A DNA stretch of 12,355 bases from Octopus sinensis (GCF_006345805.1 NW_021826628.1:1-12355); one strand, 5' to 3'; positions 1-8,636 are shown, counted from the first letter of the stretch. Notes: generated by a model not told the origin, from the sequence alone. Numbers and translations: made by a program.

Positions 1-52
1 TCTCTCTCTCCGCCCCCCTCTCTCTCTCACACACACATATATATATGTATAT
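1..52. repeat. Compound (TC)n(AC)n(AT)n microsatellite
   Basis: Direct reading. Confidence 0.85.
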
Positions 53-699
53 GTCAATATACTTACACAGGTGTAAGAGTGTGTGTTTATATGCATGTAA
101 GTTCTTTACCTTGATATAAATATATACATACGTACACACACACATATAAATACACATGTATACACACATGTACATAACTATATATTAACTTTCTCACTTT
201 TAAGATATATAGAAATACACACCCAAACGAGTGTGTGCGTGTCTCTCGACACACACACACACACACGCACATACGTATAATGATATAATGAAATCCACAA
301 GATTTGTGAAATACATCTACCCAGGGTTTAGTGGTCAAGCATTAATTTATTTCACCATTTTCAGCCTTAGAACAAGATCAATTATCATTTGCGTTTAATC
401 AAATGGAGTTTGAACAGGGAACCCTTATAAGGAAGAACACAGAAATAGAACTAAAGACACGGGGGAAATAATCGACATTACTACAACGTTTCAAAAAATA
501 AACATGATATGAATGCTGTATGATATGTCTGGTGGTCTATCTTTAAAATTCTGTCAAGATGTATTTCTTAAAATGCAGACATAAAGAAAAGATTTCATTC
601 CTGGAATTTAAGCGGTCGTTGGAGGTTCTGTGTTCCTGAAGAGATATAGTTTTTCATGTTGAACAAGGTCAATCTGGAAGGCATTTACATCGATAAAGA

Positions 700-1075
700 T
701 GTCCTCAAAGCAAAGCTGATTAAAACCTTTCGTGCTCTCTTCAATAGTATCGTCCTAGATGCGCTCTTATACGCAAGTGAGACGTTGGCTTCTCCGAAGA
801 GCGAAGAACATCGAGTGGATACATCGATTGGAAAGATCCAGGCTTGGAATACCATTAAGAGGCCACATTCGAAATGAAATAATTTGAGAATGGAGCAGAG
901 TGAAAGATGTAATCGTAGAATCCCAAGCCACAAGTTTCCGCGGGTGGACCCGTGCAGTTGCTGAGTGGTATCTACGAGATTTGAAGAACTTCCACCACGC
1001 TGAAAAGACGCTTTAGTTAGAGGTTTCAGGTCAAGGTAGAAAAGAAGGGCCAATCAAAAGGAAGTGGAAGCGCAT
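700..1075 (+). mobile_element. Degenerate 3' remnant of an RTE-like non-LTR retrotransposon
   Basis: Peptide RALFNSIVLDALLYASETLASPKSEEHRV resembles the RTE post-RT motif LFNSTVLPxLLYxSETW. The downstream I*EWSRVKDVI also fits. Stops and indels are present and boundaries are approximate. Confidence 0.65.
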
Positions 1076-1450
1076 TGTGATCAACGGTGTATAGCAATAT
1101 CCCCAAGTCTGAACATTACTGGTGATTTGAGGTTACTATCAATTATAAATATTACCTAATATCTGTATCCCTAAACATACGTACAGATTTTTAACTCAAC
1201 CGGCACTTCTTTATTCAAAATTCTTTCGAAATATATCAAGAAGGTAAGAAAAATAACATAAACTCCATAAGTCTACCTGAAATATTCCCACATTTACTAG
1301 AAATGCCAGACAACAACCGACACAAGGTATGCATCGACCAACAACTATTCCGTCCTTCACTGGTCCTCAGAGTCCAACTTAAATCATAAAAGACGCTTCA
1401 TCATACGGTGAAGTAAAGCCAAATCGATCTAATTTCACAGACACCGCGCT

Positions 1451-1454
<4 letters not shown>

Positions 1455-1490
<36 letters not shown>
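1455..1490. repeat. (CA)n microsatellite
   Basis: Direct reading. Confidence 0.97.
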
Positions 1491-1495
<5 letters not shown>

Positions 1496-1509
1496 ATCCG
1501 CACAAACCT

Positions 1510-1963
1510 AGACATTGCTGAATGCTTGAGGAGCTCGCTTTGCAATCACTTGGGTTCGAGTTCACATCCACTACGTGGATCTTTTGAGAAGGTGCCTTGT
1601 ACTATAAGCCTTGAAAAGTACAATGTTTTCTGAGTGGATTTGATAAATTGAAACTGTGTGTAAGCCCATTATTCTTAAGTGTGTACGTGTTTATGTATAT
1701 GTGTGTGTGTGTGTGTGCGCGCGCGTGTCTGTGTGTCAATGTCTTTGTTCTTTCTTCACCCCACCCCCGCTTGACAACTGGTGTTGGTTTGTTTATATCA
1801 CCGTAATCTAGCTGTTCGGCAAAAGAAACCGATATAATAAGAATCAGGCTCTAAAAAGATAAGTATAGGACGCAATTTCTTCGACTAAAATACAAAAATT
1901 TTCAGATTAGTGCCCCAGCATGGCCGCGATCCGACGACCGACATAATTAGGTGACAAAAGATA
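1510..1963 (+). mobile_element. Diverged tRNA-derived SINE with internal (TG)n
   Basis: A-box-like TTGCTGAATGCT (~1515), B-box-like GAGTTCACATCC (1558-1569), internal TG tract (~1700-1736). The 3' motif GTGCCCCAGCATGGCCGC (1910-1927) is shared with copies at 2703, 3414 (rc), 9812 and 10752 (rc). Confidence 0.8.
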
Positions 1964-2604
1964 CATATTTACATTGTATTTGTATTTTTTGTTTAAAAAA
2001 TTCATAATATAAACGCATCTGTTGAAATATATTTTGTCGGATCACGGTAGAGTCATTATGCCAATAATGAACACACGCACTGATTATATTCACATTTTAT
2101 TATTCAGTTGGTTAGGTATTTAACAAATTAACTAATCGTTTGATCGATCAATCAATCAGCCTGGTGTGCCAAAGTTCTTTCATCGCTCTTCGCAATCTCA
2201 TGAATGTAATGTTTACTCTATTCCAGAGATAAAACAAAATACAAATGAAGCGAATAGGTGAAAGCAAAATAAACTTAGTATATATAACACAGGGTATTAC
2301 TCAAATAAATGGGAGATATACGCCAACGTTTCAGCCAAGTCCGGCGCCTCTGCATCGGAAATGAGCTATATGTTATGGAGCTAGTATGGTTATGAGTTAG
2401 TTAGAGTTATGGTGTTAGTAAGATAGATAAACACGAGTAGGCTTAAGCCGTATATTCACATGCAGTCCTGATTAGAGAATAAGGGGAGAAAAAAAAACAA
2501 AAGTAGAACAAAATTTATGTCAAGTAATATCTCAACAGCCGTTTCAAGATGGTCATGACTTACGTAAAAACCACATTCATATCCAATATGTGCTTGGTGT
2601 TATA

Positions 2605-2763
2605 GGCGTGTGGTGTGCTGCGAGAAGTTTTGATGAAATTGTCTGAGTTAAGTGTCTTCTAAAGAGCAAGGTAGCAAATGTCAACCTGTGTTTATTTAAC
2701 TAGCGGTGCTCCTGCATGGCCGCAATCAACTGAAAAAAATAAAAGAGTAAAAGAATAAAAGAT
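2605..2763 (+). mobile_element. Heavily deleted SINE of the same family (3' end clear)
   Basis: GCGGTGCTCCTGCATGGCCGCAATCAACTGAAA plus a TAAAAGA(G/A) repeat tail at 2703-2763. Weaker head-like fragments GGCGTGTGGTGTG and AAGTGTCTTCTA lie upstream. Confidence 0.65.
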
Positions 2764-3386
2764 TACATACATGTGTGTGTGTACATATAGGTATACACAA
2801 TTCTTACAGTTCCTCTCTATGATTTTAACATATTGTATACTTCCCCTTTATTGACTATTCTCCCACTTCTACTCTCACCACTGATTCTTGCATCATTTGT
2901 CTTATCTTGGTTTCTTTCGTTATTTCTTTCCTTTCCTCTTTCTTTCTTTCTTGCTTACTTAACATTGTGTGATAATGTTTGTTTATAGAGGTATGTCGTT
3001 TGTCACATAGCTTAACCTGCTTTTCTCAACCATACACACACAGACACACACAAACACACAAACACATACACACTCTTTCTTTCTTTCGTTCTTTCCTTCT
3101 CTCTTTCTGTTCCTCAATCTTACGCAGACTCACCCACCCAACATCCTTTTCACTAATTAACCCGCTTCTTTCCCACTGTTTCTTTCGCTCGCGCATATCA
3201 CTGCTCGCTGTTACTTTAAATAGACAGATACTCACTTTCACACCCAGAAGTACCTCTCTGTCTCATACACACATTCCTTTACATACACACGTACCACACA
3301 TACACACACACATTTTATTTTGCATATGTGTATGCATATTAAATTATACAAGTAAACACACACGTACGCACACACATATGCACATA

Positions 3387-3544
3387 CTTTTTATCTCTTA
3401 TTTCAGTCATTAGACTGTGGCCATGTTTTCTTTCTGTCTCCCTCCGAGGCCATAGTCGAAAACACTTGCCAAAGGTGACGCACTGAGACTGAACCCAGAA
3501 CCATGTGATTGGGAAGTAAGCATCTTATCACACATCTTACGCCT
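3387..3544 (-). mobile_element. Internally deleted tRNA-derived SINE
   Basis: Minus-strand head with B-box-like GGTTCAGTCTC (3495-3485) and GGCAAGTGTTTTCGACTAT, joined to the 3' motif CATGGCCACAGTCTAATGACTGAAATAAGAG. Confidence 0.75.
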
Positions 3545-3782
3545 GGACAACAAAACCAAGGCAGGACGAATATCTCAGGTCATTTAATTAGAGTAAGGTG
3601 TATCAAAAATGGAGAAGTAGAAGTAATTAATGTCTTGTCCATTTTCTTTAATATATACCTAGTAACTCGGAAGCCTACTTCGGATCACTAGATCCGGCCT
3701 AAGTTGTGAACTTGGAACCTAACGGATGACCAATTATAGCGGACCTATTCGTTTAGATCACCAGTGAATTAAACCCTCATAT

Positions 3783-3823
<41 letters not shown>

Positions 3824-3880
3824 ATAATATTATATATATATATATATATTATATATATATATAGATATATATATACATAT
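3783..3880. repeat. (TC)n(TA)n compound microsatellite abutting the PLE 3' end
   Basis: Direct reading. Confidence 0.97.
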
Positions 3881-4041
3881 ATTAATAAAAGAAATTCCAA
3901 CCTTGTCTGAATTTCATGTTCTATTTACAATCTTATAATGATATAAGATAATATAATATAATATAATAAAATAAAATAAAATAATAGAATGTTAAATGTT
4001 CATTCTGATTGAACTAGTACTTTCATGCATTAAATTCTGCA
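3877..4041. repeat. Left arm of 165-bp inverted repeat (distal part of the PLE 3' pLTR)
   Basis: Reverse complement of 7096-7260 with 5 substitutions (3892, 3911, 3917, 3921, 4020) and no indels, aligned by eye. Confidence 0.97.
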
Positions 4042-4054
4042 ATCTTCAGGTTCA
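4010..4054 (-). ncRNA. Minimal type I hammerhead ribozyme
   Basis: Minus strand reads UGAAC-CUGAAGA-U-UGCA-GAAUUUAA-UGCA-U-GAAA-GUAC-UA^GUUCA. Stem I is UGAAC/GUUCA, both CUGANGA and GAAA cores are intact, stem II is UGCA/UGCA, stem III is the palindrome AGUACU. Predicted cleavage after CUA, between 4015 and 4014. Confidence 0.85.
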
Positions 4055-4117
4055 TGTAGTAGTGGTGACAGTCATGCTTCACAATTTTTGACTGTAACGA
4101 GATGATTGAATCTGTGC

Positions 4118-4242
4118 TTTAAATACAGCTGTGTAGGCTCCAGATGCTAGGTTTTGCAAACTGTATTCTGACCAATCAGTGTGTAGTATCACTCAGTTAC
4201 TTAAGCTGATTGGTTGGTTGATCTGATTGGTTTAGGCGTCAC
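4118..4242 (-). promoter_or_regulatory. Putative Pol II promoter in the PLE pLTR
   Basis: On the minus strand in order: GTGACGC CRE-like half site (4242-4236), CCAATCAG with CCAAT at 4230-4226 and 4213-4209, a reversed CCAATCAG (4172-4179), then TATTTAAA (4125-4118) about 65 nt upstream of the hammerhead. Confidence 0.55.
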
Positions 4243-4476
4243 GCTTTGTAGGACATGTCAAGAGTCCTGTATCGTAACCCTGGCCGAAGCAGCAATTGTT
4301 GGGCTATTTTTAGAAATGTCGTAAATAGCCTTTGTCAGAGATTTTTATATTTTTATATTTCAATTGTCATCATCATCATTGTCAGCACCTTAATTATTGT
4401 TGCTAGTGGTGATGGTGGTGGCAATGGAACTTTTAACCCTAAATAAGATAATTTTCCTGCTATCTAAGTATTATTA

Positions 4477-4745
4477 TTATTGTTTATTTAGCTTGGGTTC
4501 GAATTTATCAATAAAATTCTTTTCTCTGATTTTCCTCTCCATTTCACTTGGGCTGTGTAATTTGTAGAATGGAAATATTATATATATTTTCCGGCCACAT
4601 GTTGCTAGGTGGTTACTCAAAGGTATCTGACGGACCTCTAGGTCTCTAATCTGTTGCCGGTGTACACGTGAGCGTTCTGATAGGCGTTTCCCGTCTAACT
4701 ACATATATTTCTTCACAATTTGGGCATTAGATGCAGTAAATTAAA
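4477..4745 (-). pseudogene. GIY-YIG endonuclease domain of the PLE (not shown in the ORF track)
   Basis: Manual translation gives LIYCI*CPNCEEIYV/(G)*TGNA/LSERSRVHRQQIRD...LSNHLATC...REKNFIDKFEPKLN. This contains the LIY..YV(G) pair, conserved R, E and N, and a CxxC..H..H motif. There are two frameshifts near 4685-4700 and in-frame stops. Confidence 0.88.
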
Positions 4746-7086
4746 ATTTCTGGTTTTTTGCAGTTCATATTCGCGTTGTGAATATTTTCCCGGTTTTGTG
4801 TGTATATATTGGCCGGTATGTATGAATTGGCATGTGCCACAGCAGCTATCATTGCATTTAGATACAGTGAATGTTTGGTCTTTGTTGCTAAGGTCAAATT
4901 TTGCCATTGTTAGTAATTTTTTCAAGTTTTACTAAGAACCATAGCTCGATCTGTGATTATGTCTTTTAATTCATTACTTTGGGCAATGATTGGTAGGTTT
5001 GCTTTGGCAATGTTGAAGATATTCTGGTGACATGGGTTATGTGTCACTATGAATGGTATGACTTGTTCTTGTTTTCCTCTTCCTTGGGTTGTCCTAAGTT
5101 GTTGTATGGGTATTTTTATAGCCCGCTGTATGCCATTTTCTCTAAGTAGAGATGGGTATTTTTGTTTGAGCAAAAATTCTTTTAGTTCTATTAGGTGTTT
5201 GTTCCTGATATTTTGCATCTTCTATAATGGTACAAATTCTTCTGACTAGGCAGTATGGGATGTTGCGTTTTGTATGTGGTGGATGGGACGACTTAAAATT
5301 TAGATATTGATGTGTGTCTGTGTGTTTATAGTATATATCTGTGGTGATGGTGGTGTCTTTTTTAATTACCATTATATCTAGGAATGGTAATTTGGTACTA
5401 CTCATCTCCTTTGTAAATTGGAGAGATGGGTGTAGGTTGTTCTGGAGGATATTGAACTCTTCCAGAGTATTTAGAGATTCTGTCCAGATTATGAAGCAGT
5501 CGTCAAGGTATCTCTTCCATGCCTTTTCAATATACTTTCTAAATCCAGTGCCATAGTTTACCTCCACCTCTTGGTAGAGTTGTTGTTCTAAGTATCCCAT
5601 TACAGAGTTGCGTAAACGGGAGCAAACCTCTTCCCATCGCCGTGCCTCTAATTTGGATGTAATTCTTTCCATTGAAGAAGAATGTGTTGTTTTCTAGAAT
5701 AAGTTTGACTGTGTCTAATATAAATGGCACTGTGAATCTGCTGGGAATCACTTCTCTATGTTTTTCTAACCAGTATTTAATCGCCTTTATTCCCAAATCG
5801 TGTGGAATATTGGTGTAGAGGCTTACCACATCAAAACTTAGTAAAACTGAATTTATTTCTGTTGTTTTGGGAAGATTGGACAGGAAGTCGATGTCATCCC
5901 TGATGAAACTGGGTATGTAAGTACATAGTGGTTTCAAAACAATATCAATAAAATTGCTTAGGGCATACTGGACCAGCTATAATAGGTCTAAGTTTTAGGT
6001 CTTTTGGATGTAGTAATTTTATGTACTCACTTTCTTGTTCTTTTACTGCCTGTTGAATATCTTTTGATTTATGTATTTTCGGTAAGCCGTAGAAGTTGCT
6101 GGGTTTTGGTTCGAAATTGGTGATGTAGTCTCTTTCATTATCCGTAAGTGAGTTGTAGTGTTTTGAGATCAGGTTGTTGATCTTTTTCATGATGTGGTGG
6201 TCTATATTTGCGGGTATTTCACAATAGAAGGTTGTGTCCTTCAGTTGGTCCTCAACTAAATCCTTATAGTATTCGGTATCCATAATAACAATTGCACCAT
6301 CTTTATCTGCTTGTTTAATTATTATTGTTTGATCGTTTTGTATACGTTTACATGCAGACATCTCTGATTTGCTAATGTTTGGCCTAACATTGGTATTGCG
6401 TCTAAGGGGAAATTTAGACAGGATATCAATGTATTGGTCAAGGTAGTTATTTCTTCCTTTTTTGGTGGGGTGAAATTTGATTTATTCCTTACTAGGGATT
6501 CATCAATCTCATTACTTTTGTTAGCGAAGAATTCTACAAGTCGTAATTTTCGACAGAATTTTTGATATCCTCCTTTAATTCTTGGTGGTTGGCTGTTGGT
6601 GTAGGTGTGAATTTCAGTCCTTTTGACAGAAGTTGGATTTCATCATTGTCAAGATCTCTTTTTGATAAATTAATTATTTTAGGATCTATACATTCAGTTG
6701 TTTTGGGTATGTTTCCTCTTGGAGTTTTTCTTTCTCCGGTGTTTGTTGTTCTGACGTAAAAAAATGGATTTTTTTCCTGTTTATGATTTATATTCCTGTT
6801 GATGTTTGCTTGATGAATTTTGCGTTTTGGTTGTGGTATTTTACTTGGTCTCGCTATGTTTTCTGTCTTGTTTTTTGTTATTATGTATACTACTTTTCAA
6901 TTTCTTGTTAGTATTGTTTTTAACCACCTGGGGAAATGATCTGGGTTTACTTCCAGATCTAGATCGGTTTTTTGTCCAGTTTCTTGTGGGTAATCTCTGT
7001 TGAGGTCTTGAAAATGATCTCCTGTTATTTCTAATGCTAATGGTCTGTTCAAAAGAATATTTATTTTCTTTGTGCTTTTTGTTCAT
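4477..7086 (-). pseudogene. PLE polyprotein (basic N-terminal region, reverse transcriptase, Cys-rich linker, GIY-YIG endonuclease), disrupted by frameshifts and a few stops
   Basis: Collinear motifs across ORF fragments: IINLSKRDL..LLSKGLKFTPTP (~6600-6680), IIIKQADKDGAIVIMD, FYGLPKIHK, LRPIIAG, LLSFDVVSLYTNIPH, YIQIRGTAMG, WKRYLDDCF (YLDD 5499-5510), LPFLDI, IYYKHTDTHQYLNFKSSHP. The C-terminus, translated by hand, ends ...EKNFIDKFEPKLNKQ* (TAA 4479-4477). The 5' start is uncertain and the element is probably 5'-truncated. Confidence 0.95.
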
Positions 7087-7095
7087 GTTGTGTTG

Positions 7096-7260
7096 TGCAG
7101 AATTTAATGCATGAAAATACTAGTTCAATCAGAATGAACATTTAACATTCTATTATTTTATTTTATTTTATTATATTATATTATATTATCTTATATCATT
7201 ATAAGATTGTAAATAAAACGTGAAAATCAGACAAGGTTGGAATTCCTTTTATTAATATAT
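7096..7260. repeat. Right arm of 165-bp inverted repeat (inverted, truncated pLTR copy)
   Basis: Begins TGCAGAATTTAATGCATGAAAATACTAGTTCA, which is the ribozyme without its stem I 5' strand and CUGAAGA core. Confidence 0.97.
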
Positions 7261-7341
7261 TCTTCTATACACAATCACACACACTCGTATATATACATAT
7301 ATCTATATACATATATATACATATATATATACACACACACA

Positions 7342-7527
7342 TTTTCATATCTCTCCGTTTTTCTTTTTTACATTTTCTCTCCCCTTTTCCTCTCTTAATC
7401 CTTTCTGTCGAAGAGCGTAGGATCGAAACTTCAAAGACTATTCCATACTTCCCGAGCATCAACCTAATACACCTGTTTGTTGTTCCCTCACCTGTCTTCG
7501 TCTTTTGTTTTCTGTAAATTTGAACTA
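7342..7527 (+). mobile_element. Short interspersed repeat, possibly a solo pLTR remnant of another PLE family
   Basis: Pyrimidine-rich leader, hammerhead-like core and T-rich tail, next to a TA/CA microsatellite. Boundaries are approximate. Confidence 0.4.
7401..7436 (+). ncRNA. Degenerate hammerhead-like motif in a second, unrelated repeat
   Basis: CTTT-CTGTCGA-A-GAGC-GTAG-GATC-GAAA-CT-TC-AAAG. Stem I is CTTT/AAAG, stem II is GAGC/GATC with one mismatch, then GAAA..UC. The core deviates from CUGANGA. Confidence 0.45.
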
Positions 7528-7943
7528 TGCAAACACAATATTTGTTTTTATGTAAGAACATTTTTACAATTGTATAATAAAGACAACAGTGAATTCGAAT
7601 TTTTTGCTTTGCAAGCCATCGTCGGACCTTGATACATTTGACTTCATCTTTGTTTTATACATTCTCTGTTAAGTTCGGTATTTCTGAGACTGGCGAAGCT
7701 CTGTTGATGGTATACATTCGTAAGATAGACTGGAGATGTGTTGTGGTAGATTTTGTATACTTGTAATTTGGAATTCTGTAATTGTTCAGAATTAATCATA
7801 GATGGAAAAATTTGTAATCAGGTGTGTCTATTTCCGTATATCAGTTGCAGGACTTGGGATTGTTTCGTGGACTCTTAAAAATACTATGACCTAATAGCTG
7901 ACACACCTAAACAAATAATACACCTAATCACAAATGTTTAAAT

Positions 7944-8188
7944 CGCTAATTCTCAATCATGATCCATATGACCATATACGATTTCCTTGTTAAAATTTAT
8001 CTGCAATGGATTGGGTATACTTTTACAATATAAAAAATATATTAAAATAGCTTTAAACATTTCCTAATAACATTTAATTATAAAAATATATTAGGACTTT
8101 TTTAAGACTTCATTTTACTACGGGGGTCTGGCAGAGTAAAATAAAAATCAAAGGGGTCCACATGTAAAAAAATAGTAGCGAACCGCTG
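7944..8188. mobile_element. hAT-like non-autonomous DNA transposon (MITE), old
   Basis: Right end reads CAGCGGTTCGC on the minus strand, like the hAT terminus CAGTGGTTCTC. Left end is a degenerate CGCTAATTCTCAA. 8-bp flanks GTTTAAAT (7936-7943) and ATTTAAAT (8189-8196) match 7/8. Subterminal GGGGTC motifs are present. Confidence 0.6.
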
Positions 8189-8636
8189 ATTTAAATGCCG
8201 GACTAAATACAGAACTTTAACCTTCACATCCCCAATACAAAACGTTAACTCTCCCATCAGTAGCCAAATAAACAGCAACAAAATGGGATAATTCATCTGC
8301 TGATCAACTAACCTTTTCAACTTGACCATGTTCTTTTGTGAAATCCGTGAAAAAAAAAACACAATACCTAATTTGCATGGCTCAATTCTGAACAAAAATA
8401 CAACTCCAAATTTAATCAATAAAAGTATTCCATAATACATTTTCATCACAACCATACCTTACAACGTCATTATTCAATAGAGATATATCAACTCCAAAAT
8501 AATTTAACTCCATAAAGACTATATAAAGTTATGATGAACCCAAATGTACCACAGTCGACTTCGCAAGCCGAAACTTCCAAATTATCACTGTCACTTCTAT
8601 TCTGTTAAAGGATAGTATGAATACGCATTTATGTAC

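Larger units (their letters stand above)
3877..7260 (-). mobile_element. Penelope-like retroelement (probably Neptune-type) with a 3' pseudo-LTR and an inverted, truncated pLTR copy at the 5' end
   Basis: Minus-strand RT plus GIY-YIG coding remnants; 165-bp inverted repeats at 3877-4041 and 7096-7260; hammerhead motif in the pLTR; left end abuts a (TA)n tract. Confidence 0.95.

Noticed and set aside
87-338. Short ORFs rich in CV, YI or HT repeats (also 2979-3413, 3026-3241, 7265-7561, 8529-8964, 9123-9919)
   Set aside because: They are translations of TG, TA and CA microsatellites with no domain signal.
1344-1376. Minus-strand CTGAGGA-CC-AGTGAA-GG-AC-GGAA, hammerhead-like
   Set aside because: GAAA core absent and no stem I pairing.
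2321-2360. Minus-strand ATGCAGA-GGC...GCT-GAAA-CG-TT, hammerhead-like
   Set aside because: Two core mismatches and no convincing stem I. At best a decayed relic.
3682-3695. Hairpin GGATC-ACTA-GATCC
   Set aside because: Isolated 5-bp stem with no associated motif, expected by chance.
6757-6764. T TTT TTA slippery heptamer upstream of the RT (minus strand)
   Set aside because: A -1 shift leads to a frame that stops before the RT. A single-base indel near 6703 explains the frames more simply.
4720-7003. Plus-strand ORFs inside the PLE (4720-4935, 5049-5249, 5341-5556, 6562-6759, 6806-7003)
   Set aside because: They are antisense shadows of the minus-strand coding region.
3877-7260. DNA transposon interpretation of the long inverted repeats
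   Set aside because: The interior encodes RT and GIY-YIG rather than a transposase, and one arm continues into a longer ribozyme-containing pLTR.
7645-7780. Possible minus-strand host exon after a TTACAG acceptor
   Set aside because: All three frames are open for only ~35-43 codons, there is no recognisable peptide and no partner exon. RNA-seq would be needed.
8530-8580. ATGATGA...GACTTCGCAAGCCGAAACTTC, hammerhead-like
   Set aside because: Core mismatch, and stem II does not close next to the core.
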